DNA from: an uncultured bacterium
Lineage (GTDB): Bacteria > Acidobacteriota > HRBIN11 > JAKEFK01
Direction of reading: 5' to 3'
NCBI GenBank assembly: GCA_963843285.1
Contig: CAWJJO010000005.1
Coordinates: forward strand, 2,218 to 66,217
Length of the DNA: 64,000 nucleotides
The notes under the pieces: model-generated
Told to the model about the DNA's origin: nothing
The model's input: only the letters and a program-made list of their open reading frames with translations
The model's database searches: none
Shown: positions 26,341-36,354 of the stretch, one piece after another
Position numbering within the stretch: position 1 is the first letter of the stretch
Layout: every line of letters starts with the position of its first letter
Position numbers and translations under genes: made by a program

Positions 26341-28290
26341 ATGGCAGAAAATGTGGTTCGCGGCAAGACACTGATTTTCTGGGATCCCAAACAACCCGGA
26401 AAAAAATTGGATGCGATCGATACGGATCAGATCACTCCTTCCAAGTATTGCGTCTCGGAAAGTCTGAGTTCGCTGGACGAAAAATGGAAGGAGGGCGCCT
26501 TCATCTATCTCATGCCTGAATTCCGCGAACGTGTACGAAATGGGGAAACTTTTATCATTGCGGGAGACCGGTTCGGGATCGGTTCGTCGCGGGAGATGAG
26601 TCCTGCCGGTTTGAAAGCGATCGCAGAAGAAGCCGGACGCGAAATGGTGATCGTATGCGGCAACAATATGGGCGACATTTTTCGCCGCAACGCCTTCAAT
26701 CTGGGTCTGGAAGTCGTGCAATGTCCACAGGCTGTGGAAGACGCACAGGATGGAGATCAGTTCGCATTCGAAACGACGACCAGAACACTGACAAACGAAA
26801 CTCAGATCAAAACCTACACACCTCTGGCATTGACGCCGAAAGAGGATGAAATCCGGCAAACCGGCGGAATCTTTGCATTGGGGCGACGTGAGTTTGAGGA
26901 ATCGTTGCGGGGCCAACCATTGATCGAATGGCCCGATCCAGAGACTGCTCGGCGCATGACAACGACCGAACAGATTGTCTGGGCGCATCGAGTAGATAAA
27001 GACGCTGAAGTGAAACCGGGCGCAACGCTTCGTGTCTACGCCGATCTCCTCCCGGCGTCTGATGGAACGGCTCCCTTCGCGATCCACACCTTCAACCAGA
27101 TCACCGGCGGAAACAAGATTGCCCCGCGCAAAGCCGCGATTGCCAATGATCATTTTGTGTTTACAGGCAACGTCGAAGACGACAAACAGACGTCGATCTC
27201 GCGCGCGTTTGCGGAGGTTCACCAAATTGAAAAGCCCTACTACGCAACACCGGGAGACGGAATCTTCCATTTTTATTTTCCGGAACAGGGATTGGTCTTG
27301 CCGGGCCAATTCATCCCGGGCGCCGATTCGCACAGCCGCGCTTACGGAGCTTATGGAGCAGTAGGCTTCGGCGTAGGCTCCACAACACTCGGATTCGGGT
27401 GGTCCACAGGATACGTCTATTTCACACTCGCCAAAGCACGCCGCGTCATGATCTCCGGAACTCTTCAACCCTGGGTCAGCGGAAAAGACGTGGTATTGAA
27501 ACTTCTTCATATATGGGGCACAAAACAATCGCAAGGAATGTCGGTAGAATTTGTGGACCGGAATCGTCAGCTACCGATTTCCTACCGCAACACGATCGCA
27601 AACATGATGGCAGAAGCGGAAGCGCAAAACGGCATCTTTGCGCCTGATGAAATTACATATGCGTGGTATCGAGCGAAGGGAATCACAAGCCTACCCTACC
27701 CACCCATTCAGCCGGGCAAGAATGCAAGCTACCAAATCGATGAATCGTTAGATCTTTCTGACATCGTTCCGATGATTGCAAAGCCGTACTCACCCGGGAA
27801 CGCTTTCCCGGCGGAAGAAGTGGCAAAGGAGAGGATTGCTTTTGACAAGGCTTATATCGGTTCCTGCACGAATGGTAGTTACGATGATCTGCTGCAAGCC
27901 GCGCTTGTACTCCGGGCGGCTCGCGCTGTGGGTTTGAAAAAGGCAGTGCGCGATCTTGTCATTTTTCCGGGATCCGGCGGGGTGAAGAGCCGAATCGAGA
28001 ACGCGGATCTCCGTTTGGAGGGCGAATCGATTGCAAGTATTTTTCGATCCGTCGGTGGCCAGATTCGCAATTCGTGGTGCGGTCCTTGCTTTGGCCAGGG
28101 ACCCGATGCGCTTCAACGCGGCCAACGCGCGATCACATCCTTTAACCGCAACTGGCAAAACAGAATGGGTGTCGGCGGCGAAGGGTTCCTCGCAAGTCCT
28201 TCTGTCGTAGCATCGTCCGCTCTCCTTGGCTACATGGCCCCTCCCGGTGAGCTCGGAATCGAATGGAATCCCGTCCTCTACGGCGTGTAG
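26341..28290 (+). CDS. Aconitase-family hydro-lyase with N-terminal swivel (LeuD-like) domain followed by the catalytic domains
   Basis: N-terminus GDRFGIGSSREMSPAGL..NMGDIFRRNAFNLGL (swivel domain). Then GADSHSRAYGAYG, IGSCTNGSYDDL and NSWCGPCFGQGPD (Fe-S cluster Cys contexts). Confidence 0.75.
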   Translation: MAENVVRGKTLIFWDPKQPGKKLDAIDTDQITPSKYCVSESLSSLDEKWKEGAFIYLMPEFRERVRNGETFIIAGDRFGIGSSREMSPAGLKAIAEEAGREMVIVCGNNMGDIFRRNAFNLGLEVVQCPQAVEDAQDGDQFAFETTTRTLTNETQIKTYTPLALTPKEDEIRQTGGIFALGRREFEESLRGQPLIEWPDPETARRMTTTEQIVWAHRVDKDAEVKPGATLRVYADLLPASDGTAPFAIHTFNQITGGNKIAPRKAAIANDHFVFTGNVEDDKQTSISRAFAEVHQIEKPYYATPGDGIFHFYFPEQGLVLPGQFIPGADSHSRAYGAYGAVGFGVGSTTLGFGWSTGYVYFTLAKARRVMISGTLQPWVSGKDVVLKLLHIWGTKQSQGMSVEFVDRNRQLPISYRNTIANMMAEAEAQNGIFAPDEITYAWYRAKGITSLPYPPIQPGKNASYQIDESLDLSDIVPMIAKPYSPGNAFPAEEVAKERIAFDKAYIGSCTNGSYDDLLQAALVLRAARAVGLKKAVRDLVIFPGSGGVKSRIENADLRLEGESIASIFRSVGGQIRNSWCGPCFGQGPDALQRGQRAITSFNRNWQNRMGVGGEGFLASPSVVASSALLGYMAPPGELGIEWNPVLYGV

Positions 28291-28600
28291 GGGCTGCCTT
28301 TGCCATCCTGTAGGGGCTGTGCATTTGCCATCTGAAGCCGGAGATCACAAAAGTAATGTTTCCCGAAAAGCAATTTTAGATCATTCAAGTATCCGCAATT
28401 GCGCAGCCCAGCGCGGCAGTGGCATGATCTGGCATTTCGCAATGACGGGCGGAGCATTTTCATCTGCGAATAAAATCTTGCACGATATGAGACCACCGCC
28501 CATTGCAGCCCAGGAACCACACAACGGTGGAAAATGCTCAGCCCCTACGATTTTCCATGCCTTTGTGGTGAAATAGGATCTACCCATATGGAGGAATCGA

Positions 28601-29965
28601 ATGTCCATCGAATCGATCAACCCCGCAACCGGTGAAGCGATCCGGAGTTATCAGGAACTGACACCTCAGGAAGTTGCAACCATCCTGGAACAAACCAATC
28701 AAGAATATCTGGAATGGCGCAATACAAGATTCGCTGATCGCGCCAAGCGGATGCGGCGGGCAGCCGAAATTCTCCGTGAAGAGAAGGATCAATATGGCCG
28801 ATTGATGACGGATGAGATGGGAAAGCCGATCGCCCAGGGGCGTGGCGAAGCGGAAAAGTGCGCATGGGTCTGTGACTTCTACGCGGAGAATGCCGAGAAG
28901 TTTCTTTCACACGAAGTCATTCCAACTGATGCATCAAAGAGTTTTGTCGCATTTCAACCCATCGGAATCGTGCTGGCCATCATGCCGTGGAATTTTCCAT
29001 TCTGGCAGGTCTTCCGATTTGCGGCTCCGGCGCTGATGGCCGGAAATGCAGGAGTACTGAAGCATGCCTCCAATGTGAGCGGATGCGCTCTAGCGATCGA
29101 AGAGATTTTCCGGCGTGCAGGCTTTCCGGCAAATATTTTCCGGACATTGTTGCTCAGCAACGTAAACACGGCGCAGGTGATTGAAAGTCCACACGTAAAA
29201 GCGATTACCCTCACGGGCAGCACGCCGGCAGGCAAATCCGTGGCTTCGCGAGCCGGTTCGGTCATGAAGAAAACAGTACTGGAGCTTGGCGGAAGCGATC
29301 CTTACGTAATTCTCGAGGATGCGGACCTGGAGAGCGCTGCGGAGTCGTGCGTCGCTTCGCGTTTAATCAATGGCGGACAGAGCTGTATTGCGGCAAAACG
29401 GTTCATCGTGGTGGAACCGGTGTTGAAACGCTTTGAAGAAATGTTTATTGAAAAGATGCGCGCTAAGAAGATGGGAAATCCTCTCGAACCGGTAGATCTC
29501 GGTCCGCAGGCGCGGCACAATTTGCGCGACGACCTGCATCGACAGGTAGTGGAGAGCGTCGAAAAAGGCGCAAAACTCCTGCTAGGCGGCGCGATACCGG
29601 ACAACAAAGGTGCCTACTATCCACCCTCTGTTCTCGGGAATGTCAGAAAAGGAATGGCAGCTTATGATGAGGAGCTCTTTGGGCCTGTCGCAGCCATCAT
29701 TGCAGCAAAGGACGAAGACGATGCCATCCGGATCGCAAATGATTCTATCTTCGGGCTTGGCGCCGCTGTCTTTACGCAAGATTTGAAACGGGGGGAAAGA
29801 ATCGCGTCCGAAAAACTGGAAGCGGGATGCTGTTTTGTAAACTCGTTTGTAAAGTCCGATCCCCGTCTGCCCTTCGGCGGCATCAAAGAATCGGGATACG
29901 GCCGCGAACTGGCAAGTTTTGGCATCCGTGAATTTGTAAACATAAAAACCGTCTACGTAAAATAG
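28601..29965 (+). CDS. NAD(P)-dependent aldehyde dehydrogenase (succinate-semialdehyde dehydrogenase-like)
   Basis: LELGGSDP, GQSCIAAKR (catalytic Cys), ESGYGRE. GGAGGA SD. Confidence 0.8.
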   Translation: MSIESINPATGEAIRSYQELTPQEVATILEQTNQEYLEWRNTRFADRAKRMRRAAEILREEKDQYGRLMTDEMGKPIAQGRGEAEKCAWVCDFYAENAEKFLSHEVIPTDASKSFVAFQPIGIVLAIMPWNFPFWQVFRFAAPALMAGNAGVLKHASNVSGCALAIEEIFRRAGFPANIFRTLLLSNVNTAQVIESPHVKAITLTGSTPAGKSVASRAGSVMKKTVLELGGSDPYVILEDADLESAAESCVASRLINGGQSCIAAKRFIVVEPVLKRFEEMFIEKMRAKKMGNPLEPVDLGPQARHNLRDDLHRQVVESVEKGAKLLLGGAIPDNKGAYYPPSVLGNVRKGMAAYDEELFGPVAAIIAAKDEDDAIRIANDSIFGLGAAVFTQDLKRGERIASEKLEAGCCFVNSFVKSDPRLPFGGIKESGYGRELASFGIREFVNIKTVYVK

Positions 29966-29985
29966 ACGGCATTTCAGGAGTAAGA

Positions 29986-31434
29986 ATGAAACCCACGCTT
30001 GTATTCGCGACGATTATGCTTTTCGTTTCTATTACCTTTGCGGCGGAAACGAAAAAGACGATTCCAAACATTCAAAAAAAGGAAGTGGCTGCGGCCTCTG
30101 TTGAGAAACACAGCAAAGATATGATCACTCTGAGCGATCAGATCTGGGCCTTTGCGGAGACGGCGCTGCGGGAGACGAAATCATCTAAAGTATTAGCAGA
30201 CTATGCAGAGCAGCAGGGTTTCCGTGTCGAACGTGGAGTTGCGGAAATGCCAACGGCTTTTGTGGCGACGTATGGCGAAGGAAAACCTGTGATCGGGATT
30301 CTCGGGGAATTCGATGCCTTGCCGGGCATTTCTCAAAAGGCAACTCCCGTAAAGGAAGCGCTGGTGCCGGGCGCCGCCGGCCACGGGTGCGGTCACAATT
30401 TGTTTGGGGTAGCAAGCATGGGAGCGGCCATCGCAATCAAAGAGCAAATCGCTGCCGGTAAACTAAAGGGAACGATTCGTTTCTACGGCACTCCTGCGGA
30501 AGAATCTGTGAGCGGAAAAGTCTATATGGCCCGAGCAGGCCTGTTCAAGGATCTGGACGTGTGTCTGGCCTGGCATCCGGAAACTGAAACAAGAGCGGAT
30601 ACGAAGAGCAGCCAGGCAATGGTCGATTTCATCGTGGAATTCAAAGGGAAGGCATCGCATGCAGCCTATGATCCATGGAACGGTCGAAGCGCGGTCGACG
30701 GTCTGGAGATTTTTACACACGCACTGAACATGATGCGGGAACATGTGAAACCGACGGTGCGGATGCATTATGCAATCTTGAAAGGGGGCGATGTGCCGAA
30801 CGTTGTTCCCGAATACGCGAAGCTCTGGTGTTGGGTACGGGATTCAAAACGCGTTGGAGTCGAGGCGCTTCTACCGCGCGTGCGCAAAATGGTCGAAGGT
30901 GCTGCGCTCGCTGCGGACGTGGAAGCAACGATGAAGATTCAAACCGGGTCGTACGAAATGCTTGTCAATATGACGGGCGAAAGATTGTTGTACTCCAACA
31001 TGACATGGCTGGGACCCTTACAATACACTCCGGAAGAACAGGAATTCGCAAAGCAGATTCAGCGTGCGACGAATGTCGAACCGAAAGGACTGGATGGAAG
31101 GATCCAGCCGTTTGATGAACATCCGGGCGATCCGGAAGGTGGTTCAACAGATGTAGCGGATATCAGCTGGATCGTTCCGGTCATTCATCTGTCCGTAACC
31201 ACGGCGCCGTTGAATGCGCCCTGGCATGCGTGGCCAGTGGTTGCTACCGGTGGAATGTCGATTGGTCATAAGGGGATGATTTATGCGGCAAAAGCGCTGG
31301 CCGCAACGATGTTGGATCTTTACGAAAATCCGCAGCAACGCGAAGCGATTCGAAAGGAATTCGAAACCCAGACAAAAGGGCAAACATATAAAGCGTATAT
31401 TCCTGACGGTCCGCCGCCGGTGCCAAAAGACTGA
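29986..31434 (+). CDS. Secreted M20-family amidohydrolase (AbgB-like)
   Basis: Signal peptide MKPTLVFATIMLFVSITFA. HGCGHNLFG and GTPAEESVSGK metal-binding contexts. Confidence 0.75.
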   Translation: MKPTLVFATIMLFVSITFAAETKKTIPNIQKKEVAAASVEKHSKDMITLSDQIWAFAETALRETKSSKVLADYAEQQGFRVERGVAEMPTAFVATYGEGKPVIGILGEFDALPGISQKATPVKEALVPGAAGHGCGHNLFGVASMGAAIAIKEQIAAGKLKGTIRFYGTPAEESVSGKVYMARAGLFKDLDVCLAWHPETETRADTKSSQAMVDFIVEFKGKASHAAYDPWNGRSAVDGLEIFTHALNMMREHVKPTVRMHYAILKGGDVPNVVPEYAKLWCWVRDSKRVGVEALLPRVRKMVEGAALAADVEATMKIQTGSYEMLVNMTGERLLYSNMTWLGPLQYTPEEQEFAKQIQRATNVEPKGLDGRIQPFDEHPGDPEGGSTDVADISWIVPVIHLSVTTAPLNAPWHAWPVVATGGMSIGHKGMIYAAKALAATMLDLYENPQQREAIRKEFETQTKGQTYKAYIPDGPPPVPKD

Positions 31435-31802
31435 CCGTTACCCGCCGGTAAATCCCGTTGATCCCTCGTTTCGGCCTACCGGAAACTTTCCGGTAAACCT
31501 TGTCGCGATTTTCGCGTCTAATGTAAACGAGGGTATATGATGAAGAAACAGGTAATCACAATGGTTCCGCTCCTTCTTGCGCTTCATCTCCCGTTTTGTC
31601 CCTTCAAGTATCTGCCTCATCAATGGGTGGAGAACTATATGTATGCAAAGAGATGGACACAACTGGTGGTGACTCACGTGAAGGTCCTTTCGTTGGACTC
31701 GCCCGAACCGCGCACGGCATTCTCCGGAACGCATAGAACGGGTCCACGATCCTGAGCGGGAAAGGATTTCTCGCACAGACGCCAAGGCGCAAAGCCAGTG
31801 GC

Positions 31803-32909
31803 TCAATGTTTCGATAAAAACTCATGCACCAGTGAATGAAAGTGGTGCACGCCGTTCTCACGCTTCACGGAAAGTCGGCCCTGATTGTATGTGCGCGACT
31901 GAAGTCCTCGCTGAACCATCTCGCAAAGCTCTATATCTTCCCGCTGGATCTGATCACTAAACGAAATGGACTGTTGAACGGATTCCCAACCCTCTCCTGT
32001 TCCTGGTTCAATGAAGAACCACTCGAAGATGGCCAGTGTGCGGTCGTGGCCCTGAGGCAAGATGATATTTGCTTGCAAGTTATCGGGATAAATATTGATC
32101 ATGAAATTCGGGAAAATCCAGTAGTAAAGCGCTTTTGATTCTTCTTCACTGCGAACATATCTGCGATCGCGGCCCTGGATCTCTCCTTCCTTCAATGGAC
32201 GAACAGGAGCATATGCGGAAGAGTAATAGCGGTACGTATCGATCCGGTATTTTTCGTAGTCTAACTCACGAAACAGCCCGGGATGCGCAATCGGGATGTG
32301 GTACCCTTCAAGATAATTGTCGATATAAACTTTCCAATTGCAGTGAACGGCGTAATCGCGGCGCTCCAAAAAGTGCATCTTCTCCAATGCAAATCCCATC
32401 CGGTTGACTTCATCAGGAATTGCACCCATCACATCCGTAAGACCTGGAGCGGAGTGATCCAGATTTACAAAAACATACGGGCCCCACGTCTCCACCCGAT
32501 AGGACGGCAAGCAGATTTCCGTTTTGTTCCAGTCCTGCACGCCTTCAAACTCCGGTTGCGCAAATAGACGCCCATCCAGCGTGTAGGTCCACCCATGATA
32601 ACGGCATTGAAGACTCTTGCGGTTTCCCCTTCCGGCTGCCACAGGGCCGGCGCGATGACGGCATACATTTGCAAATGCGCGCAGTATTCCATCCATTCCC
32701 CGGACAACCACAACCGGTTCTCCAACGACATCGCAGGCAAAATAGTCACCCGAACGCACTACCATATCAATGCGACCTACAGGTTGCCACGTGGAACAAA
32801 AAATCTTTTCGCGCTCTAATTCCAATATCGAAGGATCTGTGTACCAACTCGAAGGGAGAGTCGACGCCCGAGAGAGATCTGTGTTGGGCGTGAAGTCGCT
32901 GAGATTCAT
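31803..32909 (-). CDS. Rieske [2Fe-2S] non-heme iron oxygenase alpha subunit, choline-monooxygenase-like
   Basis: CRHRAGPV...CRYHGWTY (Rieske). NWKVYIDNYLEGYHIPIAHPG (mononuclear iron site, very like the plant choline monooxygenase motif). Confidence 0.75.
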   Translation of the reverse strand: MNLSDFTPNTDLSRASTLPSSWYTDPSILELEREKIFCSTWQPVGRIDMVVRSGDYFACDVVGEPVVVVRGMDGILRAFANVCRHRAGPVAAGRGNRKSLQCRYHGWTYTLDGRLFAQPEFEGVQDWNKTEICLPSYRVETWGPYVFVNLDHSAPGLTDVMGAIPDEVNRMGFALEKMHFLERRDYAVHCNWKVYIDNYLEGYHIPIAHPGLFRELDYEKYRIDTYRYYSSAYAPVRPLKEGEIQGRDRRYVRSEEESKALYYWIFPNFMINIYPDNLQANIILPQGHDRTLAIFEWFFIEPGTGEGWESVQQSISFSDQIQREDIELCEMVQRGLQSRTYNQGRLSVKRENGVHHFHSLVHEFLSKH

Positions 32910-32910
32910 G

Positions 32911-33045
32911 CAATATCAAATATTAAAAATCAAATATCAAATAAACATAAGCAAATAACCGCGATTGGCGTTTGAGCACATTATTTGTTTATTGAGTTAT
33001 GTTTATTTGATATTTGATTTTTGATTTTTATCTGATTTTTGATAT
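32911..33045. repeat. AT-rich long hairpin, ATCAAAT-unit family
   Basis: attaaaaatcaaatatcaaataaacataa pairs with ttatgtttatttgatatttgatttttgattttt. The right arm overlaps the last ~20 codons of the binding-protein gene. Confidence 0.7.
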
Positions 33046-33889
33046 ATTCCTTCACCACCTGCTTCACGTCTTTGTGTTCCACATCCACCTGATAATTCAA
33101 CTTTCGCATCTGATCTTCAGAAATCATGCCACCCAGCTTCTTCAAAGCTTCGCGGAGGCCAGGAGTCTTCTGCAAGGCTTCTTCGCGAACAACCGGGGCA
33201 GCTTCATAAGGTGGAAAGTAATGCTTGTCGTCTTCGAGAACAACGAGATCCAATTTTGAGATGACTCCATCCGTCGAATTTCCAGCAATGAAATCCACCT
33301 GCTTTTCGGCTGCAGCTCTGTAAGTCAGTGTCAGATCCATCACGCGTGGCGGATTGGCAAACTTGAGACCGTAGGTTTGTGCTAGGCCGGGGAAGCCATC
33401 TTTGCGTTCCATGAACTCATAACCGAAACCCGCCTTCCATTGCGGAGTATGTTGTGCGGACTGAGAAATCGTTTTGATTCCCAATCGCCGGGCTTCTTCG
33501 CCACGAATGATGATTGCAAATGTGTTGTTGAAACCAAGTGGCTCCGTCCATTCCAGATGAAATTGATCATGATAGGCTTGCTTTACTTCTTGATAGACAG
33601 CCCCCGGATCGTTTCTTGGTGGACGCTTCAAGATCGCCGTCAGAGCCGTGCCCGTGTATTCAACGTACAGATCCAGTTCCCCGGCTGTCATCGCCTTATG
33701 ACATACAAATGTTCCTCCCAGATTCAACTTGCGCTCCACAGGAACGCCTGTTGCTCCTTCTATATATTGTGCAAGCAACTCTCCCAGGATGACCTGTTCA
33801 CTGAAATTCTTGGAGCCAACGACGATCCTGTGTTTGTCGCTGCATGATATAAGAACAACGAACAGAAGCAAGGCGCACCGGAATTTCAT
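32981..33889 (-). CDS. Glycine betaine/choline-type ABC transporter substrate-binding lipoprotein
   Basis: MKFRCALLLFVVLISC lipobox. OpuAC-like body (GSKNFSEQVILGEL..). The C-terminal tail KNQIKIKNQISNKHNSINK is encoded by the hairpin repeat. Confidence 0.75.
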   Translation of the reverse strand: MKFRCALLLFVVLISCSDKHRIVVGSKNFSEQVILGELLAQYIEGATGVPVERKLNLGGTFVCHKAMTAGELDLYVEYTGTALTAILKRPPRNDPGAVYQEVKQAYHDQFHLEWTEPLGFNNTFAIIIRGEEARRLGIKTISQSAQHTPQWKAGFGYEFMERKDGFPGLAQTYGLKFANPPRVMDLTLTYRAAAEKQVDFIAGNSTDGVISKLDLVVLEDDKHYFPPYEAAPVVREEALQKTPGLREALKKLGGMISEDQMRKLNYQVDVEHKDVKQVVKEYIKNQIKIKNQISNKHNSINK

Positions 33890-33915
33890 GATTGCTATTG
33901 TAACAGTAGCGGCAA

Positions 33916-34551
33916 TTAATGCTTTGGCGAGATCCTCTTTTCAATCCAGCCGAGTCCCAAGTCGGTAAAGATTGCTAAAAGAGCTGCCGGTACCGCGCCT
34001 GCCAGAATGAGCGTATTATCCACCATCGACACTCCGCGAAATATGTACGTGCCAAGACCGCCGGCTCCAATCACTGCAGCGATCGTTGCAACAGCAATGG
34101 ACAACACCATGGCCACGCGCAATCCCGCAAAAATCACACTGGCGGCAAGCGGCAATTCTACGTGCAACAGCAGCTGGTGATCGGTCATTCCCATTCCTTT
34201 CCCTGCTTCCCTTACAGCCGGATCGACACCTGTAATCCCGCTATAGGTATTGCGAATGATCGGAAGCAGCGCGTACAGCACAAGAGCGACAATCGCGCTC
34301 CGCGCGCCGATTCCACCCAGAAACGGAAGCGGGATCAAAAATCCGAGAAGCGCAGGACTGGGAATCGTTTGTACAACGTTTGCAATCCCAATCACCAGCT
34401 TGCTCCATTGCGGTTTCCGCGTGAGAAAGATACCGGCCGGAATGCCGATCGCAGCTCCTATAATGGTGGCAAGACCCGCCAAGAACAAATGCTGCAATGT
34501 TCGAATACCCAATTCCGATGCGTTGTTCTGCAAAAACTGAATGAGGTTCAT
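33916..34551 (-). CDS. ABC transporter permease (osmoprotectant type)
   Basis: Six-TM 211-aa ORF with a binding-protein-dependent permease loop (..SGITGVDPAVREAGKGMGMT..). 4-nt overlap with the ATPase gene. Confidence 0.8.
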   Translation of the reverse strand: MNLIQFLQNNASELGIRTLQHLFLAGLATIIGAAIGIPAGIFLTRKPQWSKLVIGIANVVQTIPSPALLGFLIPLPFLGGIGARSAIVALVLYALLPIIRNTYSGITGVDPAVREAGKGMGMTDHQLLLHVELPLAASVIFAGLRVAMVLSIAVATIAAVIGAGGLGTYIFRGVSMVDNTLILAGAVPAALLAIFTDLGLGWIEKRISPKH

Positions 34552-35303
34552 ATACGACTCAGCATCTCGAATTGTTCACGTACCGGCTGTAGAAAGGAAA
34601 CTACATCGGGATCCTTTGAAGCGCGGAATTCCTCCTTCGTTGCAAGCAGCAAAAGCCGGCCATCCTTCATCAAACCGATTCGTGAACCAAAAAGAAAGGC
34701 TTCCGCAATGTCATGGGTTACAAACACCAGCGTTTTGGCCAGCCGTTGCTGCAACGTACGGAATTCATTCTGGATTTCGGATCGGGTCAGCGGATCGAGC
34801 GCGCCAAACGGCTCATCCAGCAACAAAATATGCGGATCGGCACAAATCGCGCGCGCGACGCCTACACGCTGGCGCTGACCACCCGAGAGCGCGCTCGGAT
34901 ACCTGTCGGCAAACCGCGCTGGATCCAATCCAACAAGCTCCAGAACTTCTTTTACGCGGGCATCAATGCGACCGCGTTCCCACTTTTCAAGTGACGGAAC
35001 AAGCCCGACATTTTGACGGACCGTGTAATGAGGAAATAATCCGGCTTCCTGAATCACATATCCTATACTTCTGCGAAGCTGGATAGGATCCCATTCGCGC
35101 GTCGTCTTTCCGTTTACAAAAACGTCTCCGGAAGTGGGAACCAACAGATGATTAATCAACCTTAATGTGGTTGTCTTGCCCGATCCGCTTCTTCCAAGCA
35201 GTACAATGGTCTCACCGGCTTGAACATCAAATGAGACGTTTCGGACCAGATCGGTAATCCCGGCAGCATATCGCACATCCCGGAGACTGATTACTGCAGT
35301 CAT
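34548..35303 (-). CDS. ABC transporter ATP-binding protein
   Basis: Walker A GRSGSGKTT, signature LSGGQRQRVGVARA, Walker B LLLDEPFGALD. Confidence 0.85.
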   Translation of the reverse strand: MTAVISLRDVRYAAGITDLVRNVSFDVQAGETIVLLGRSGSGKTTTLRLINHLLVPTSGDVFVNGKTTREWDPIQLRRSIGYVIQEAGLFPHYTVRQNVGLVPSLEKWERGRIDARVKEVLELVGLDPARFADRYPSALSGGQRQRVGVARAICADPHILLLDEPFGALDPLTRSEIQNEFRTLQQRLAKTLVFVTHDIAEAFLFGSRIGLMKDGRLLLLATKEEFRASKDPDVVSFLQPVREQFEMLSRI

Positions 35304-35413
35304 ACGGGATCATTATAATGCCCATCCTAGTTGGGGCGCGGGATTCCACACCCCAGCCAGGATGGCGGAGCGAACATTTGTGAGAAGATAGTAACCGGGA
35401 TCACCGATAAGAA

Positions 35414-36340
35414 ATGGGAATCGCAAGAAATACTCTTTTGTGGGTTTCGCGGAATCAGGCGCTTCGCGAACATCTCCCGCGTTACAAATTTGTCCGAAAC
35501 TCGGTTGCCCGTTTTATGCCCGGGGAACAGATCGAAGACGCTTTGACTGCAGCGGCCGACCTTCAAAAGGTAGGCATTCCAACCGTGGTCACGCATCTTG
35601 GCGAGAATGTCACAACGGAAAAAGAAACCCATGACGTGAAGGACCATTATTTGAAAGTGCTTGATGAAATTCAGATGCGGGGCCTCGATGCCCATATATC
35701 AGTCAAGCTCACTGAGCTCGGTTTGGATCAGGACCCGGGGCTTTGTCTCGCGAATCTGAATGAATTGCTCGCGGCAGCCGCGGAAGTACAGAACTACGTC
35801 TGGATCGATATGGAAGGAAGTAAATATACAACGTCGACGTTGGACCTGTACTATCATGCGCGCGAGACATTTCAGAATACCGGTGTTTGCCTTCAATCCT
35901 ATCTTTTCCGAACGAACGAAGATCTGGACAAGCTTTTGCCCGCGAATCCGGGAATTCGGCTCGTGAAGGGCGCCTACGCCGAGCCACCCACGATCGCGTT
36001 CGCAGCGAAATCCGACAACGACGAAAATTATTTCAGGCTGGCGGGTACGCTGCTTCTTCATGCAAAGCAGAATGGCATCAACGTCGGCCTGGCAACGCAC
36101 GATCAAGCACTGCTGCAGCGTATTCTGGAACTCGAGAACACAATGAGTGTCCCGCGCGATCAGTTTGAAATCCAGATGCTCTACGGTATTAGAAAGAACG
36201 ATCAGCTTCGTCTGGTAAAGGAAGGCTATCGCGTGCGCGTCTTAATCAGCTACGGCACGTTCTGGTTCCCCTGGTACATGCGGAGGCTGGCCGAACGTCC
36301 CGCGAACGTGGGGTTTGTGCTCCGGAACTTGTTTCGTTGA
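35414..36340 (+). CDS. Stand-alone proline dehydrogenase
   Basis: 308-aa PRODH-like TIM-barrel pattern (..VSVKLTELG.., ..RLVKGAY.., ..FEIQMLYGI..). No fused P5C dehydrogenase domain. Confidence 0.7.
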   Translation: MGIARNTLLWVSRNQALREHLPRYKFVRNSVARFMPGEQIEDALTAAADLQKVGIPTVVTHLGENVTTEKETHDVKDHYLKVLDEIQMRGLDAHISVKLTELGLDQDPGLCLANLNELLAAAAEVQNYVWIDMEGSKYTTSTLDLYYHARETFQNTGVCLQSYLFRTNEDLDKLLPANPGIRLVKGAYAEPPTIAFAAKSDNDENYFRLAGTLLLHAKQNGINVGLATHDQALLQRILELENTMSVPRDQFEIQMLYGIRKNDQLRLVKEGYRVRVLISYGTFWFPWYMRRLAERPANVGFVLRNLFR

Positions 36341-36354
36341 GCGGTTGCGCTGCT

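Noticed and set aside
25873-27534. 553-aa ORF on the minus strand
   Set aside because: It lies codon-for-codon antisense to the well-supported aconitase-family gene and has low-complexity Arg/Cys/Phe-rich content with no motifs. Long antisense ORFs are expected where sense codons TTA, CTA and TCA are rare.
31537-31755. 72-aa ORF with a GAGGG SD and a hydrophobic N-terminus (MMKKQVITMVPLLLALHLPF) between convergent genes
   Set aside because: A real small secreted protein is possible. But the remainder is compositionally unremarkable, there is no recognisable motif, and no way to test conservation here. It is left unannotated.
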